From positions 1 through 64,000 of the IMG/VR virus record IMGVR_UViG_3300032053_000002: a stretch of 64,000 nt of DNA. The stretch is one strand, 5' to 3'. The notes under the pieces were generated by a model, which did not search any database, had not been told where the DNA came from, and saw only the letters and a program-made list of their open reading frames with translations. This document shows positions 20,901-30,142 of this stretch, piece after piece; positions within the stretch are counted from its first letter, which is position 1; every line of letters starts with the position of its first letter. The position numbers were made by a program, and so were the translations under genes.

Positions 20901-21750
20901 TTTTACTATTTCCAAAGTTAATATAAAAGTCCGCCGACCTATTCGAAGGACTATAAAAAACAAGGGTTTTGATAAATTCTTCCCACCGAATATAAACACG
21001 CATCGTTGTACCAGACTGATCAAATCCTTCGCCAAAAACAATAGTGAATACTTTTTCGGCGACACTTGACAATCTTTGTTGATCTTCATACTGAAGAATA
21101 TCTTTCGCTTCTTTTTTTGCATTATTGTAAACTTGATTAATTGTTTCTCCGACCAACGTAGTAAATTTTGCAGATAATTCTTCGTATTCAGAAGATTCGA
21201 CATCCGAGAAAAAATCTTTTGCGGTGTATGTGTTTAATTTATTTCCAAACAATCTTGCGAAAGATTTTGTTAGTATTCCATTTCTTCCAAAATTAACAAA
21301 GTCAGAATTAAATTGAATATTATTATTTTCATCCGTTGTTTTTACTGGTAATACTCTAATTTCTTTTCGCGATGGAGAAATTTCTTCTATAAAAAGTTTA
21401 TTATCGTTAAACCCACCCAAACTATTTCTGAAAAATTCGTATACTACTCGATATTGCCCACGTTGGAAGCCGAATAAACGTAAATCGTTCCCGGGTTTTA
21501 AGATTATTTTATTTGGCGAAACTTTGTCATACATTTCATAGGGAGGGGGAACAATCGCCCACTGAAGAAAATTATCGTCCATATCATAGACGGATAACTC
21601 TACAGTATCTTTTCCATCGGAATAATTATAGGTTTCTTCGCTATCCTTATTGAAATAAAATAAAGTTAGGTCTTTTGTGTCAATTCGCTCGCCACGAACC
21701 TGACCAACGGATTCTTTTATTTCATTATAATTTTTAAAGTCTTTTATCAT
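17950..21750 (-). CDS. Large baseplate/virion protein (P2 gpI-like segment and LamG-like region)
   Basis: LLKTKGTERSIRALL motif; FTGSLQEFKLYQSALS LamG-like motif; position in baseplate operon. Confidence 0.6.
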   Translation of the reverse strand: MIKDFKNYNEIKESVGQVRGERIDTKDLTLFYFNKDSEETYNYSDGKDTVELSVYDMDDNFLQWAIVPPPYEMYDKVSPNKIILKPGNDLRLFGFQRGQYRVVYEFFRNSLGGFNDNKLFIEEISPSRKEIRVLPVKTTDENNNIQFNSDFVNFGRNGILTKSFARLFGNKLNTYTAKDFFSDVESSEYEELSAKFTTLVGETINQVYNNAKKEAKDILQYEDQQRLSSVAEKVFTIVFGEGFDQSGTTMRVYIRWEEFIKTLVFYSPSNRSADFYINFGNSKNYFIVNWAQDSVKYPEYPNSIVLKLYEPLPQDFKENDQLWVSKKITYSIIEKAFLLEAEREEDYLILEPANWDINVAGITGRSTGYETWDTLLSTYPSTSQALLDEFISASNPEVGDISLNINYGDYSEFVHFGSAEERLANFKYKMELIDAYNEEILKVRNTSSSGSAIASSSIGNYENKKRVLVNGLDSYERHLYYSSGSQYSGSTITGKYLTNAINEWPKQNKTKPFILYRLTSSNVTSWYEDQLTIAQEYDKDNIYNFVSNIPDYLTVDENNGDYLAFIYMMGQYFDMFWAYTKHLTKIHNRDESIFEGMAKDLTYHVAKSLGFDLFNGRDNSELWRYAFGYDATGSYYVGSVSGSSGDKYQYMSHENVSKEIWRRILNNLSYLLKTKGTERSIRALLACYGIPTSLLTIREYGGPDPRDYSEIDQKSSYIFDDFVYALNLEGSQSISFSWSDLTQSKKPDTIEFRFASAPTLYDSISSVGLGRGKPTQSLVSADDWAIRLLDSGSGYGAVEFIITNGATVSSIKTDKYRYYDNEFNSVMVRYSASAAANQLQLFVKKAESDRIIWHSSANLTTNANILTSWTNTSTLYIGGDAGYTWGVQFTGSLQEFKLYQSALSESAFDNHVRWPKSYNSNTPTRTYYDLVLRYSLDNPVNHATTTTVSDIKANQSWTTVGTATNFGSHISYSPRTEEFAALTIQMGGGRYINTKIRLEDNEIEYGHLSVAKRVEKSSFDRAPLDSPKLGIYFSPIESINRDIIATYAGLDLSGYIGDPRDRFNDSYDDLDELSLAYWRKYKSRPDFNKFIRVLKHYDASFFNQLRSLIPARAKPVIGVLIEPTILERHKIKWRDLVHERIDKETNIYVNNYCTMSSTLPKYESEILQIDPTYEGAFEEYNSAINFAFEDSIIYDGYIEMIHPIQDMFPSGSWTSEARSLRNRLYYAGTLNTTETSIDGKEPVEVFYTNPNRLMTTDMGPSKILVE

Positions 21751-21756
21751 TGTTTA

Positions 21757-23259
21757 TTACCCAACATCTTTAATAAGAGTGCTTCCACCACCACCGGTAT
21801 TGCCTTTGTCTTCATCGTCAATAACTATGGCTCCAGATCCGCCATCCCCAGTATCTTTAATTTCAGTATCTATAATAAATCCTGCCAGTATTTCAATATT
21901 AAGCTCGGTTAGTGATATTTCCAACGCAGAACTTGTGCTTATAAGATTATATTTTCCAGCATCATTTTTTCTATACCATCCAACAAAAGTTCCATATAAA
22001 AAGTTTTCTTTAATGAATGTTATTTGTAACTTATTTCCAATATCCGTCTTTATTATAATAGGAATTGAATTATTAACATCTTCTTTAATAAGTTGTGTTC
22101 CTTTCAATATCTTATATGTAAACCAATCATCTACCGGAAAAGAAGGATCTTCTGACCTAACCCCGCTAACTCCATAAACATCGGCGACATCTCCGATGTG
22201 AACTTTTGTAACAGATTGTGCTGGAAATTGCTCTTGTGGTGATTCATCCTTATATCCAGACGCAATTATATACTGATTCGCATCTTCTAAATATTGAAGT
22301 TCAGGTCTATATCCCTTTCTGGGAACAAAATAAAATCTAATCTTTTTTTCTTCCGATACTTTTTCCCACTTTGATAATGTTTTATCAAATAACCACCACC
22401 CAATCCAATTTGTCGCGGAATTTACCAATTCCAGAATAACGTCATATTTACTATTATCTGCCGGAAAAGGCTTCCCCCGTTTATCCGTTCGAATGAAGCG
22501 GTCTGTTAAAATGTCCCCTTCCGAATATATTGCGTCAGTATTCCTATCGACTATATAATATTTTATTTCTACCATTGGTTTTACTGTTGTTTCAGTAACA
22601 ACCTTTAAATTTATAGTATCATATATCAACGATGTTAGTAATAAAGACATAACAGAAGTAGATTCTGAAAATTGACCATAATCAGGAAGATTTGTTATGA
22701 CCGTCGGGAATCTTGGGTCTTTTTCGCCAGTACCGCCGCCTCCGCCATCTCCCCAAGTAGCTTTTATTTCGGCCAGTAACTTTTTTAATCTTTCTATTTC
22801 ATCCAACAATCTTTGTCTCTCACTTACCGGAAAAAAAGCGGTTGGGTCTTTAGCATTTATAAGCGCTTCAACGGATTTATCTCCATAATTCGGTATAGAA
22901 TCTTTTATCTTCGCGTAAAGCGCGAATAACTCATTTATCAATTCCAACATAGTTTTTTGCGATTTATACAGTTCTCGCAATTCCAAATCCAGAACTTTAG
23001 TCATTTCTTTATAGTCATAAATCCTGCGAAATAATTCGACCGACACAAACTGGTTTGCGCTGACAATATTTTTTTGTTCGTTATATTTGTCCTCGTAGAG
23101 CAAAATATTTCCAATATTATCTCTTAAAGTAGGCACCTTTCCATGCAAAATACTGATTGTATTTCCACTGCTGATAGTCTGTTCTTGCTGAGATAATTGA
23201 CCGGAATCCATTCCCAGAGAATCTTGTTGTTTTTTAATTTCGGAATGCCACTTTGCCAT
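21757..23259 (-). CDS. Hypothetical virion protein
   Basis: 500 aa ORF in structural operon with Gly-rich linkers. Confidence 0.55.
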   Translation of the reverse strand: MAKWHSEIKKQQDSLGMDSGQLSQQEQTISSGNTISILHGKVPTLRDNIGNILLYEDKYNEQKNIVSANQFVSVELFRRIYDYKEMTKVLDLELRELYKSQKTMLELINELFALYAKIKDSIPNYGDKSVEALINAKDPTAFFPVSERQRLLDEIERLKKLLAEIKATWGDGGGGGTGEKDPRFPTVITNLPDYGQFSESTSVMSLLLTSLIYDTINLKVVTETTVKPMVEIKYYIVDRNTDAIYSEGDILTDRFIRTDKRGKPFPADNSKYDVILELVNSATNWIGWWLFDKTLSKWEKVSEEKKIRFYFVPRKGYRPELQYLEDANQYIIASGYKDESPQEQFPAQSVTKVHIGDVADVYGVSGVRSEDPSFPVDDWFTYKILKGTQLIKEDVNNSIPIIIKTDIGNKLQITFIKENFLYGTFVGWYRKNDAGKYNLISTSSALEISLTELNIEILAGFIIDTEIKDTGDGGSGAIVIDDEDKGNTGGGGSTLIKDVG

Positions 23260-23263
23260 TGTA

Positions 23264-24925
23264 TTACCTTATTACTTTAAAAGTATATTTTTCGTCATAA
23301 ATCGTTTCAACATTATTACTTTGCGAAACCTTGAATAATATTCTGTAGAATCTCTCGGGCTCAACGCCATTCAAATATAAATTAAAATAACTCCCCGTTG
23401 AATCTACAGATATCTGACTATAATCAGAAAACGGAATGACTTCTTCTTCAGTCCACGCATCCCTAATCGAATAATAAGAAGTTATCGGTAAAAAACTTTC
23501 ATCTCTATTATATGACCAACTACCAGTCGTATATGTCTTTTTCGGGTATCTTTCTCTTGCACGTATTCTAAATCTGACCTTTGAATCCTGTCGGTATTTA
23601 TCTAGCATATTAGTTAGGTGAATAACAAAATCTTCGCCGCCTATCGCGAACATTGTTTGAGTTGACGTACTATTAGTTGTATATCCAGTAATACTGGAGC
23701 TTAAATATGTATAATTTGCGGTAACCGCAGTAAAACTCTGACTATAATAATATCCACCTCCCGGAACATATGTCCATACAGCGTCGCTCGAAGTTGCGGC
23801 GGCAATAGAATATGAAACATTTGCAGCATTTGATGCGGAAAAATCGCTGCCCAAACTCGCGGTGTAAAAATCCGTAACGGTTGTGGCCGCAGATACTAAA
23901 CTATAACTTATGATAGTATTACTTCCGCTCGTATATGTATATCCTAAATATGTTGAACTAGTTACGAAACTAGAACTATGATATAATCCGACGCTCCCAG
24001 TCCATGAATAAATCGAGTGTGTCGCATAATAATAACTCTCTTTATACCAGGTAGTAGAATCGTCACTTTGAGTAAAATATCCGAAGTTATATCCTATTCC
24101 GCTTCCGGTGTAAGAAGTAGCAACAGTATATGAAATTACAGGATTATACGACATGGAAAGAATAGACGTTGCTTCAGAATAACTATAACTTACAGTTGTT
24201 CTCGGGCTATTTGAAAAATCTTTCCAAATGGCTTCCAATCTTGGGCGATAAATTGTATTGGTCTCGTTGGAATAAAATCGAATAGTTCCCTGGTTCAAAT
24301 CATTCCGTTCGTCCGTAACAGTTCTTCTAATTAAAAATCCATAATTAGGAATGTCGCCTCTAAGCCATGCTAGAACTGTATTAGTTACGTCCATATACAA
24401 ATCCGTAGTCTGAAATTCAAATGATTGCGACGATTCATATATTCCATATCCAGACCCGGATAGATAATCACTTCCAGTTGTTACCCACGTACTACCAGTA
24501 ATTCCGGATATAGTAACTCCATCTCGTATTTCCCAACTAACACCGGTCTTGGTTGCGGGAACGCTCGACCGTTTCCCATTTCCCATTTCCCACGATTGAG
24601 ATACCGGATATGCGCAGATAGTATATGAAAATGGTATTTCCAATGCTTCCGCCGTATACATATTCAAATAAAATTTCATACCACTTCCAGATAATTCGCC
24701 CGATGCAAAAGAAGATGAGTAATCATCCAAATCAAATTCAATCAGAATTCTGGAATTATACGGCGCATCATCGTAGCTATGAACTATTTGTTTTTGTAAT
24801 TCTACCAGTTGGTCAAGCCCCGTATTCATATGAATACTGTCTTCATAAATCGTACTATCTTTTTTAGCAAACAAAAAATAATGCGCCATTAATTTGCTCC
24901 CATTTTCTTTTTTAGTTTTCGCCAC
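23264..24925 (-). CDS. DNRLRE-like domain virion protein with Ser/Thr/Tyr-rich insert
   Basis: DSTIYE...SRILIEFD...NYGFLI...FYSNE...RPRLE; true start may be 24889 (MAHYF). Confidence 0.6.
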   Translation of the reverse strand: MAKTKKENGSKLMAHYFLFAKKDSTIYEDSIHMNTGLDQLVELQKQIVHSYDDAPYNSRILIEFDLDDYSSSFASGELSGSGMKFYLNMYTAEALEIPFSYTICAYPVSQSWEMGNGKRSSVPATKTGVSWEIRDGVTISGITGSTWVTTGSDYLSGSGYGIYESSQSFEFQTTDLYMDVTNTVLAWLRGDIPNYGFLIRRTVTDERNDLNQGTIRFYSNETNTIYRPRLEAIWKDFSNSPRTTVSYSYSEATSILSMSYNPVISYTVATSYTGSGIGYNFGYFTQSDDSTTWYKESYYYATHSIYSWTGSVGLYHSSSFVTSSTYLGYTYTSGSNTIISYSLVSAATTVTDFYTASLGSDFSASNAANVSYSIAAATSSDAVWTYVPGGGYYYSQSFTAVTANYTYLSSSITGYTTNSTSTQTMFAIGGEDFVIHLTNMLDKYRQDSKVRFRIRARERYPKKTYTTGSWSYNRDESFLPITSYYSIRDAWTEEEVIPFSDYSQISVDSTGSYFNLYLNGVEPERFYRILFKVSQSNNVETIYDEKYTFKVIR

Positions 24926-25140
24926 GAAAGTATGTCCCGAACATCAATCACCGTTGATTGTGTCGGGTACGCGCCCATAACATTGGTCAACACTACAAAT
25001 TTGTTCCCCCGCGTATCGTTAAAAAACTTTTCCAGTTGCCCTCCAATTTTTTCAAATTTTGGATTACCGGTTTCGAATTCGTAGAATCCACCTTCTTCGA
25101 AATCTTCTTCTTCCACCATCAAATTTTTTAACTGCGTCAT
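24889..25140 (-). CDS. Small hypothetical protein
   Basis: GGAGAG RBS; in operon. Confidence 0.55.
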   Translation of the reverse strand: MTQLKNLMVEEEDFEEGGFYEFETGNPKFEKIGGQLEKFFNDTRGNKFVVLTNVMGAYPTQSTVIDVRDILSWRKLKKKMGAN

Positions 25141-25153
25141 TTCAGTTCTCTCC

Positions 25154-27052
25154 TTATAGAGCCCTTCCTATTATATCACTATTTGTAAATTTAATACAAA
25201 AAATACTCGGATCTAAACTCGGATAAATTATATTGTCTTTTGTCGCCGATTTCATATCATAAAAGTTTCCGGAATATCCATCAGATGTTTTATAACGATT
25301 TTCTATTTGAATATTAGTTACTGCTTGAACTCCTTCTACCGAAAACAACTCTGTATGAATGTCGGATATAATAATTGGCTGATTAAATTGCCATTTATCC
25401 AAGTTAAAAAAGTCTTTCATTTTCTGAACGCAATTTAGCAAAACCTCTCTTTTATTATAATTTTTGAAAACAACTATATCAAATAGTACGGCAATATTTA
25501 CTATAAATCCGTCTTTAATATTTATTGCATCCGTTAACATTCGGTATTGGGACAAATATGTTTTCAAATTTGTTTTTACCGCTTTATTCGCCGTGGTCAG
25601 TGTTTTAGCGTTGTTATATCCCAACACATATAAATTTATCGCGAGTGGATTCGCAACTCTACTATTTCCACTACCAAATCCAGAGGTATCTGGCGACAAA
25701 CTCAACTGATCATCCTGAACAACATAAGCTTTCGCAATAGACCCGTATTTAGCGGGCATAGAATATACCCGACTAATAAAATCTTCTTTGTTTACCATTC
25801 TAAGTTGCGTTGGAAATTCCGCTAAAGCATTATACCTAACTTCTTCAACAGTGTCGCCGTCTCTCCCGCCGACCGCCGCGATTGGATTGTTCACCGCTAA
25901 AGAAGATTCTACTTGAGACAATACAGATGCGTTTAGTGCATCATCGTCAATTGAAAATACCACGTCCTTAACCTTTGTCAGAGAGTTCTGATTCACGTTT
26001 GACTTCAATCCCCCACCCGCGACATACTTGATAGTGATAGTTGTATTATGAGGCGACTGCCCATACGTTCTAGTATGCAAAAAATTGGCGGGATCTATTG
26101 GGTTATCAGAAAACTCCACCGACCCGAACACGTTTGAACCGATGTTGGTTGGGTTCGGAATAATCAACTCGTCGGGATTATCAGATACGCCAGACCCGAA
26201 TTGTACCTCTACTTTTTTATCACTTAAAATACGAGAAGTAAAACGTCGAGCGGACTTCTGAAGTTTTAATAAATACGGAGTTTCATTGCCATATTGCGCT
26301 AAATCGGTTTCGTTGGCCGCAATATTTTGAATGTCAGTAAAAACAGTATCCTGCGCGAGATACGGGACGTGATACCATTTGTTCCCATCAGAATCAGTCC
26401 CATACAATATTTCAATTATATTATCGTCGGCTATCGTTCTCTTTGCAAATTCTACCGGATCTGTAAATGATAACTCCGTTTCTTTTATTTCTCCCGCCGC
26501 CGCATCAACTGATTTTTTCAGAACAAAAAATGTTGGATTTCCGCTGCCATCCACTTCATATACCGCGGCACTAGTTGGATTTTCCGAACTGGAATACGCA
26601 AAGTTTATATCTTCAACGGTTCGAAATATAACAGTATTATCATCTTCGCTAGAAACTTGCATCCCGGAATTAACTATTAGCGCATATCTATAATCAGGGG
26701 CAGAACTACCACCCGTTCCCGCCGCCGGAACTATTTGATAAACATCTAAGGTTACTAACGCCGGATACGATAAACTCGGTCGATACCCCAACGACTGCGC
26801 AATTGCATAAATGTTTTGATTCTCTTCCGCATAATACAACAAACTTTCTTTTAACGCGCTATCTATGTAATAACTTAGCACGTCGCCAACGTAAGACGCC
26901 ATTTCAATAAACATTTGCCCGACTGAAGCTTCGTTAAAATTTCTGTAAGTGGTAGGGTAATAAACTTTCGCGAAGTCCATCAAATTTTGTCTTAATGTTG
27001 AGAAGTCCCTTCCTAAATATCGTATTTCTTTATTTTTTGTTATTTCGGCCAT
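25154..27052 (-). CDS. Baseplate wedge protein (T4 gp6/J-like)
   Basis: RDFSTLRQNL...FNEASVG.MFIEM.SYVGDVLSYY; FG.G; GG.D.DT.EEVR.NA...Q.R.V..ED. Confidence 0.88.
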   Translation of the reverse strand: MAEITKNKEIRYLGRDFSTLRQNLMDFAKVYYPTTYRNFNEASVGQMFIEMASYVGDVLSYYIDSALKESLLYYAEENQNIYAIAQSLGYRPSLSYPALVTLDVYQIVPAAGTGGSSAPDYRYALIVNSGMQVSSEDDNTVIFRTVEDINFAYSSSENPTSAAVYEVDGSGNPTFFVLKKSVDAAAGEIKETELSFTDPVEFAKRTIADDNIIEILYGTDSDGNKWYHVPYLAQDTVFTDIQNIAANETDLAQYGNETPYLLKLQKSARRFTSRILSDKKVEVQFGSGVSDNPDELIIPNPTNIGSNVFGSVEFSDNPIDPANFLHTRTYGQSPHNTTITIKYVAGGGLKSNVNQNSLTKVKDVVFSIDDDALNASVLSQVESSLAVNNPIAAVGGRDGDTVEEVRYNALAEFPTQLRMVNKEDFISRVYSMPAKYGSIAKAYVVQDDQLSLSPDTSGFGSGNSRVANPLAINLYVLGYNNAKTLTTANKAVKTNLKTYLSQYRMLTDAINIKDGFIVNIAVLFDIVVFKNYNKREVLLNCVQKMKDFFNLDKWQFNQPIIISDIHTELFSVEGVQAVTNIQIENRYKTSDGYSGNFYDMKSATKDNIIYPSLDPSIFCIKFTNSDIIGRAL

Positions 27053-27065
27053 TCAATTTCTCCGA

Positions 27066-27311
27066 TTATTTTTTCTTTTTTGCTTTCTTAACCATATCTT
27101 CATACGGCGTTAATACTTTTCCGGCCGGAAGTGGGTGCCATTTCATCCCCTCAACACTTTTCACGGTTCCATATGGCATATGAGTTCGTTCATGCCAAGT
27201 CATTTCAACGAAATCTTCAGTACCATCTTTATATCTTACCGCATAAAGAACTTTTTCTTTTTCTTCATATATTTTACTCATTTCAAGCAATTTCATTATA
27301 CTTATAGGCAT
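27066..27311 (-). CDS. Small hypothetical protein
   Basis: Translationally coupled in operon. Confidence 0.55.
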   Translation of the reverse strand: MPISIMKLLEMSKIYEEKEKVLYAVRYKDGTEDFVEMTWHERTHMPYGTVKSVEGMKWHPLPAGKVLTPYEDMVKKAKKKK

Positions 27312-27817
27312 TATCTTATTCCTCGTCTATCCATTTCTGCTCTGACGGACGCCATACATAGTCGCCCATGAAATGCCAGATCTCCCCGGTGTCTTCCATA
27401 TTTCTCTTCATAAACGTCTTTTATATAATATATTTGTGCCTTCAAGTCTTCGTCCGACAAAGAATCGAGTTTTTCTTCATAGTGGGGATCATATACTGAT
27501 ACATATTTGAATTTTTCATGGTTGTTTTTGTCTACATATATTGTTTTCCACTCATTTATTTTTTTTGTCTCCGATGTATTTTCTTTCAGCGGTTTTAAAT
27601 CTTTTGGCTTAAACCAAGAAATAGTTCGTTTTTCGTCATAAACATATAACGAAAATAAATTTTTCATGTCTTGACCACCACCATATTTTTCATAATACGT
27701 TCCTATTATTTTCGCTTTCCTTCCTTTATTTACGCCCGTTACTATCAGAACGGCATCCCCTCTTTTAAATTTTTGGCGAGAAGGCATTATTTCAAATAAT
27801 TTTTTTAATTTAATCAT
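27311..27817 (-). CDS. Hypothetical protein with KOW-like motif
   Basis: FKRGDAVLIVTGVNKGRKAKII. Confidence 0.55.
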   Translation of the reverse strand: MIKLKKLFEIMPSRQKFKRGDAVLIVTGVNKGRKAKIIGTYYEKYGGGQDMKNLFSLYVYDEKRTISWFKPKDLKPLKENTSETKKINEWKTIYVDKNNHEKFKYVSVYDPHYEEKLDSLSDEDLKAQIYYIKDVYEEKYGRHRGDLAFHGRLCMASVRAEMDRRGIR

Positions 27818-27834
27818 ATGTTATCTCCATCAAA

Positions 27835-28221
27835 TTAAACCTGAAATACAATTTGAATTTCGTCGTATAGTTTTAAATCCCTTTTCAACCCAAAACTAAT
27901 AGCGATTTTTATTTTATTGCTGTCTATATTTTCCTGGGACGCGTCCACGTCAATATTAAATATTTCGACATACGGAAGCCAGGTTTTTATTGCTTCCTCA
28001 ACGTCCTGTTTTATCTTCGGCCCCAAATCGTATGTGTTCTGATCAAACAAGCGATTATAAATATCCGTTCCGAAATCGGGTTGCATAACTCTTTCTCCTT
28101 TTTTAGTCAGAAGAAGATTTAACAGATTAGATTTCGCCTCTTCTAAAGAAGAAAAAGTTTGCTGAAAATAGCCGGTGTTGCCCATAGCAATCGGTATTCT
28201 TATTCCTATCGGAATCGCCAT
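27835..28221 (-). CDS. Baseplate wedge subunit gp25/GPW
   Basis: NLLLTKKGERVMQPDFGT...I..AIKTWLPYV. Confidence 0.92.
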   Translation of the reverse strand: MAIPIGIRIPIAMGNTGYFQQTFSSLEEAKSNLLNLLLTKKGERVMQPDFGTDIYNRLFDQNTYDLGPKIKQDVEEAIKTWLPYVEIFNIDVDASQENIDSNKIKIAISFGLKRDLKLYDEIQIVFQV

Positions 28222-28868
28222 TATCTAACTCCCGCCGCTTTAATACCTTTAGCCTTCTCGTCCGCCTTTTTTAATATACTTTTATAATTTTTGGATAAGT
28301 TCAGTATTACAGTATTAGGAACCGCTGACAAATTTAATGGTTCACCTTCCGGCCCGACCGTTGGTAAAAGTATTTTTTCTGGCACTTCTTGACTAACCAT
28401 TTGTTTTTTCGACGCAATTTCGTTTCCTCTCGATAAATTTTTAACTTGCGCAGGAAGAGTCGCAAGATTTTGAGTATTTAACCTTATTTCGGCTTGTTCG
28501 TTCATCGCACCCAAAACCATATCAGGCCGATATCCAGTTCCGGTAACAACCTCTTCCGCCGTTTTATTTAGTATGTCGTAAATAGTTCCTTTTTTAGTGA
28601 ACGGTTTTTTTATCAGAACAGGTTCTTTCGACTCGGCAATTTCTTCTTCTTGCAATATCTTGGTTAAAGAATAATTATTTTCTTCGCCGTTTCCGAGAAC
28701 ATTTTTGGAAGATTTTTCTAGAATCAAATGTAATTGTTTTTTAATCGTCTCTTTTATCAACGGGCGAATTTCTTCTAAAAACAATTTTCGTAATTCGTTT
28801 CTAACCACTTTGGAAATCATTAGTTCAAATTGTTTTTTATCCATAGTTATTTCACCTCCGCAATCCAT
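28221..28868 (-). CDS. Hypothetical virion-associated protein
   Basis: Probable start MDKKQF (28844) after GGAGG. Confidence 0.55.
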   Translation of the reverse strand: MDCGGEITMDKKQFELMISKVVRNELRKLFLEEIRPLIKETIKKQLHLILEKSSKNVLGNGEENNYSLTKILQEEEIAESKEPVLIKKPFTKKGTIYDILNKTAEEVVTGTGYRPDMVLGAMNEQAEIRLNTQNLATLPAQVKNLSRGNEIASKKQMVSQEVPEKILLPTVGPEGEPLNLSAVPNTVILNLSKNYKSILKKADEKAKGIKAAGVR

Positions 28869-29236
28869 TTATTTATTTTTATAATTGCATCATCTACACT
28901 TTTCGCCCGAACTTTTCTAAATCTTTTCTTTGCGCCCATAAATTGATGGATCAACTCGATGTCCCCGTCGTTTTCAAAATGTAACTTTACATACCTAGAA
29001 TTATTTACGATACCATTTCCCCATTGGTCTTCTCTATCCAAAGAGAAATTTATTAAAATCGATACGTGACTTTCGCCACCTAATGTGGAATGATATACTT
29101 TAGCATACGGCGCATTTATCTTTTTCTGTAATTCTTCAACCGCACTATTTACCGTGGTAATGTCGAAAACTTTACTGTCGTTGGCTTCCATCAAAGAATT
29201 TTTTCTCAGTAGTTTTTGCCATTGCTTTAAATCCAT
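28847..29236 (-). CDS. Hypothetical protein
   Basis: ORF with RBS in late operon. Confidence 0.55.
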   Translation of the reverse strand: MDLKQWQKLLRKNSLMEANDSKVFDITTVNSAVEELQKKINAPYAKVYHSTLGGESHVSILINFSLDREDQWGNGIVNNSRYVKLHFENDGDIELIHQFMGAKKRFRKVRAKSVDDAIIKINKWIAEVK

Positions 29237-29300
29237 TCTATTTCTCCCATTCTTTTATTTCTATGAATTTGCAACCCAAGTATTCAACTATTTCTTGCTA

Positions 29301-29879
29301 TCATCCATATCCCCCCCATAAAAATGGTGTCGGAATCGGCGCACCAGACGGTGTGGGCACTAGCGCAGTCGTGATTCCCGATAATGTTGATAAATGTTGT
29401 CTAAAAAATTTTATTAAATTATTTATAAATTCACTCTTATTTTGCGTGCCGTCTTTTCGCATACTGAGTATCGGAATCGGAGTTCCCGGCGAAGTAACCA
29501 TATTGGAAACTACACCAACCGTTCCCGGTGGCGGAACTAACAGTGCTAAACTTGCACCACTCCAAAATTGTATCAGTCCATTAGAGATCCCAGTTCCCAT
29601 CAAAGTCGGCACCATTTCGCCCATCGTTAAATTTTTTAATTGTTTAAATAGCGTTTTCAACGCGCTCTTCAATCCGGGAGAGTTATACGATGTCACCATA
29701 TTTCCATACATCATATCCACTCCCATTAAAACGGCTATTTCGTATTGTGTCGCCAGAAAATCCGCTGCGTCGTCTTCCTTTTGGGCGACAAAATTGTCAA
29801 AATACATCTGTAAATTATTTCCAAAAGTGTTCCAGTTTATAGCCACTATCTTTTCCCATTTAAAAAATCGGTTTCGCAT
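29301..29879 (-). CDS. Putative baseplate spike-associated protein
   Basis: Pro/Gly-rich C-terminus, adjacent to spike/hub gene. Confidence 0.45.
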   Translation of the reverse strand: MRNRFFKWEKIVAINWNTFGNNLQMYFDNFVAQKEDDAADFLATQYEIAVLMGVDMMYGNMVTSYNSPGLKSALKTLFKQLKNLTMGEMVPTLMGTGISNGLIQFWSGASLALLVPPPGTVGVVSNMVTSPGTPIPILSMRKDGTQNKSEFINNLIKFFRQHLSTLSGITTALVPTPSGAPIPTPFLWGGYG

Positions 29880-30127
29880 TGATCTAATTCTCGTTGAGTT
29901 TTTGGATCAACCTTCTTCAAATAATTCAGAAATTCAGAATAATCTTTTGGTAAATAAATCGTTGTCGGTGGGCGACCCGCGCTCGTTTTCAATGCATATT
30001 TCGGAAAAATTATTCCGTACGGGCTGCCGGTTTTATACTTAACGTTAATTGGTCTTATAAGTTTTTCCCAATCGGTTCCTTCGTTAATAATCGTCCGAAT
30101 CATTTCCCTAAGTTCTGATTTTTTCAT
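29846..30127 (-). CDS. Small hypothetical protein
   Basis: MKKSELREMIRTIINE leader. Confidence 0.55.
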   Translation of the reverse strand: MKKSELREMIRTIINEGTDWEKLIRPINVKYKTGSPYGIIFPKYALKTSAGRPPTTIYLPKDYSEFLNYLKKVDPKTQRELDQCETDFLNGKR

Positions 30128-30142
30128 TTTTATTTCTCTCTC

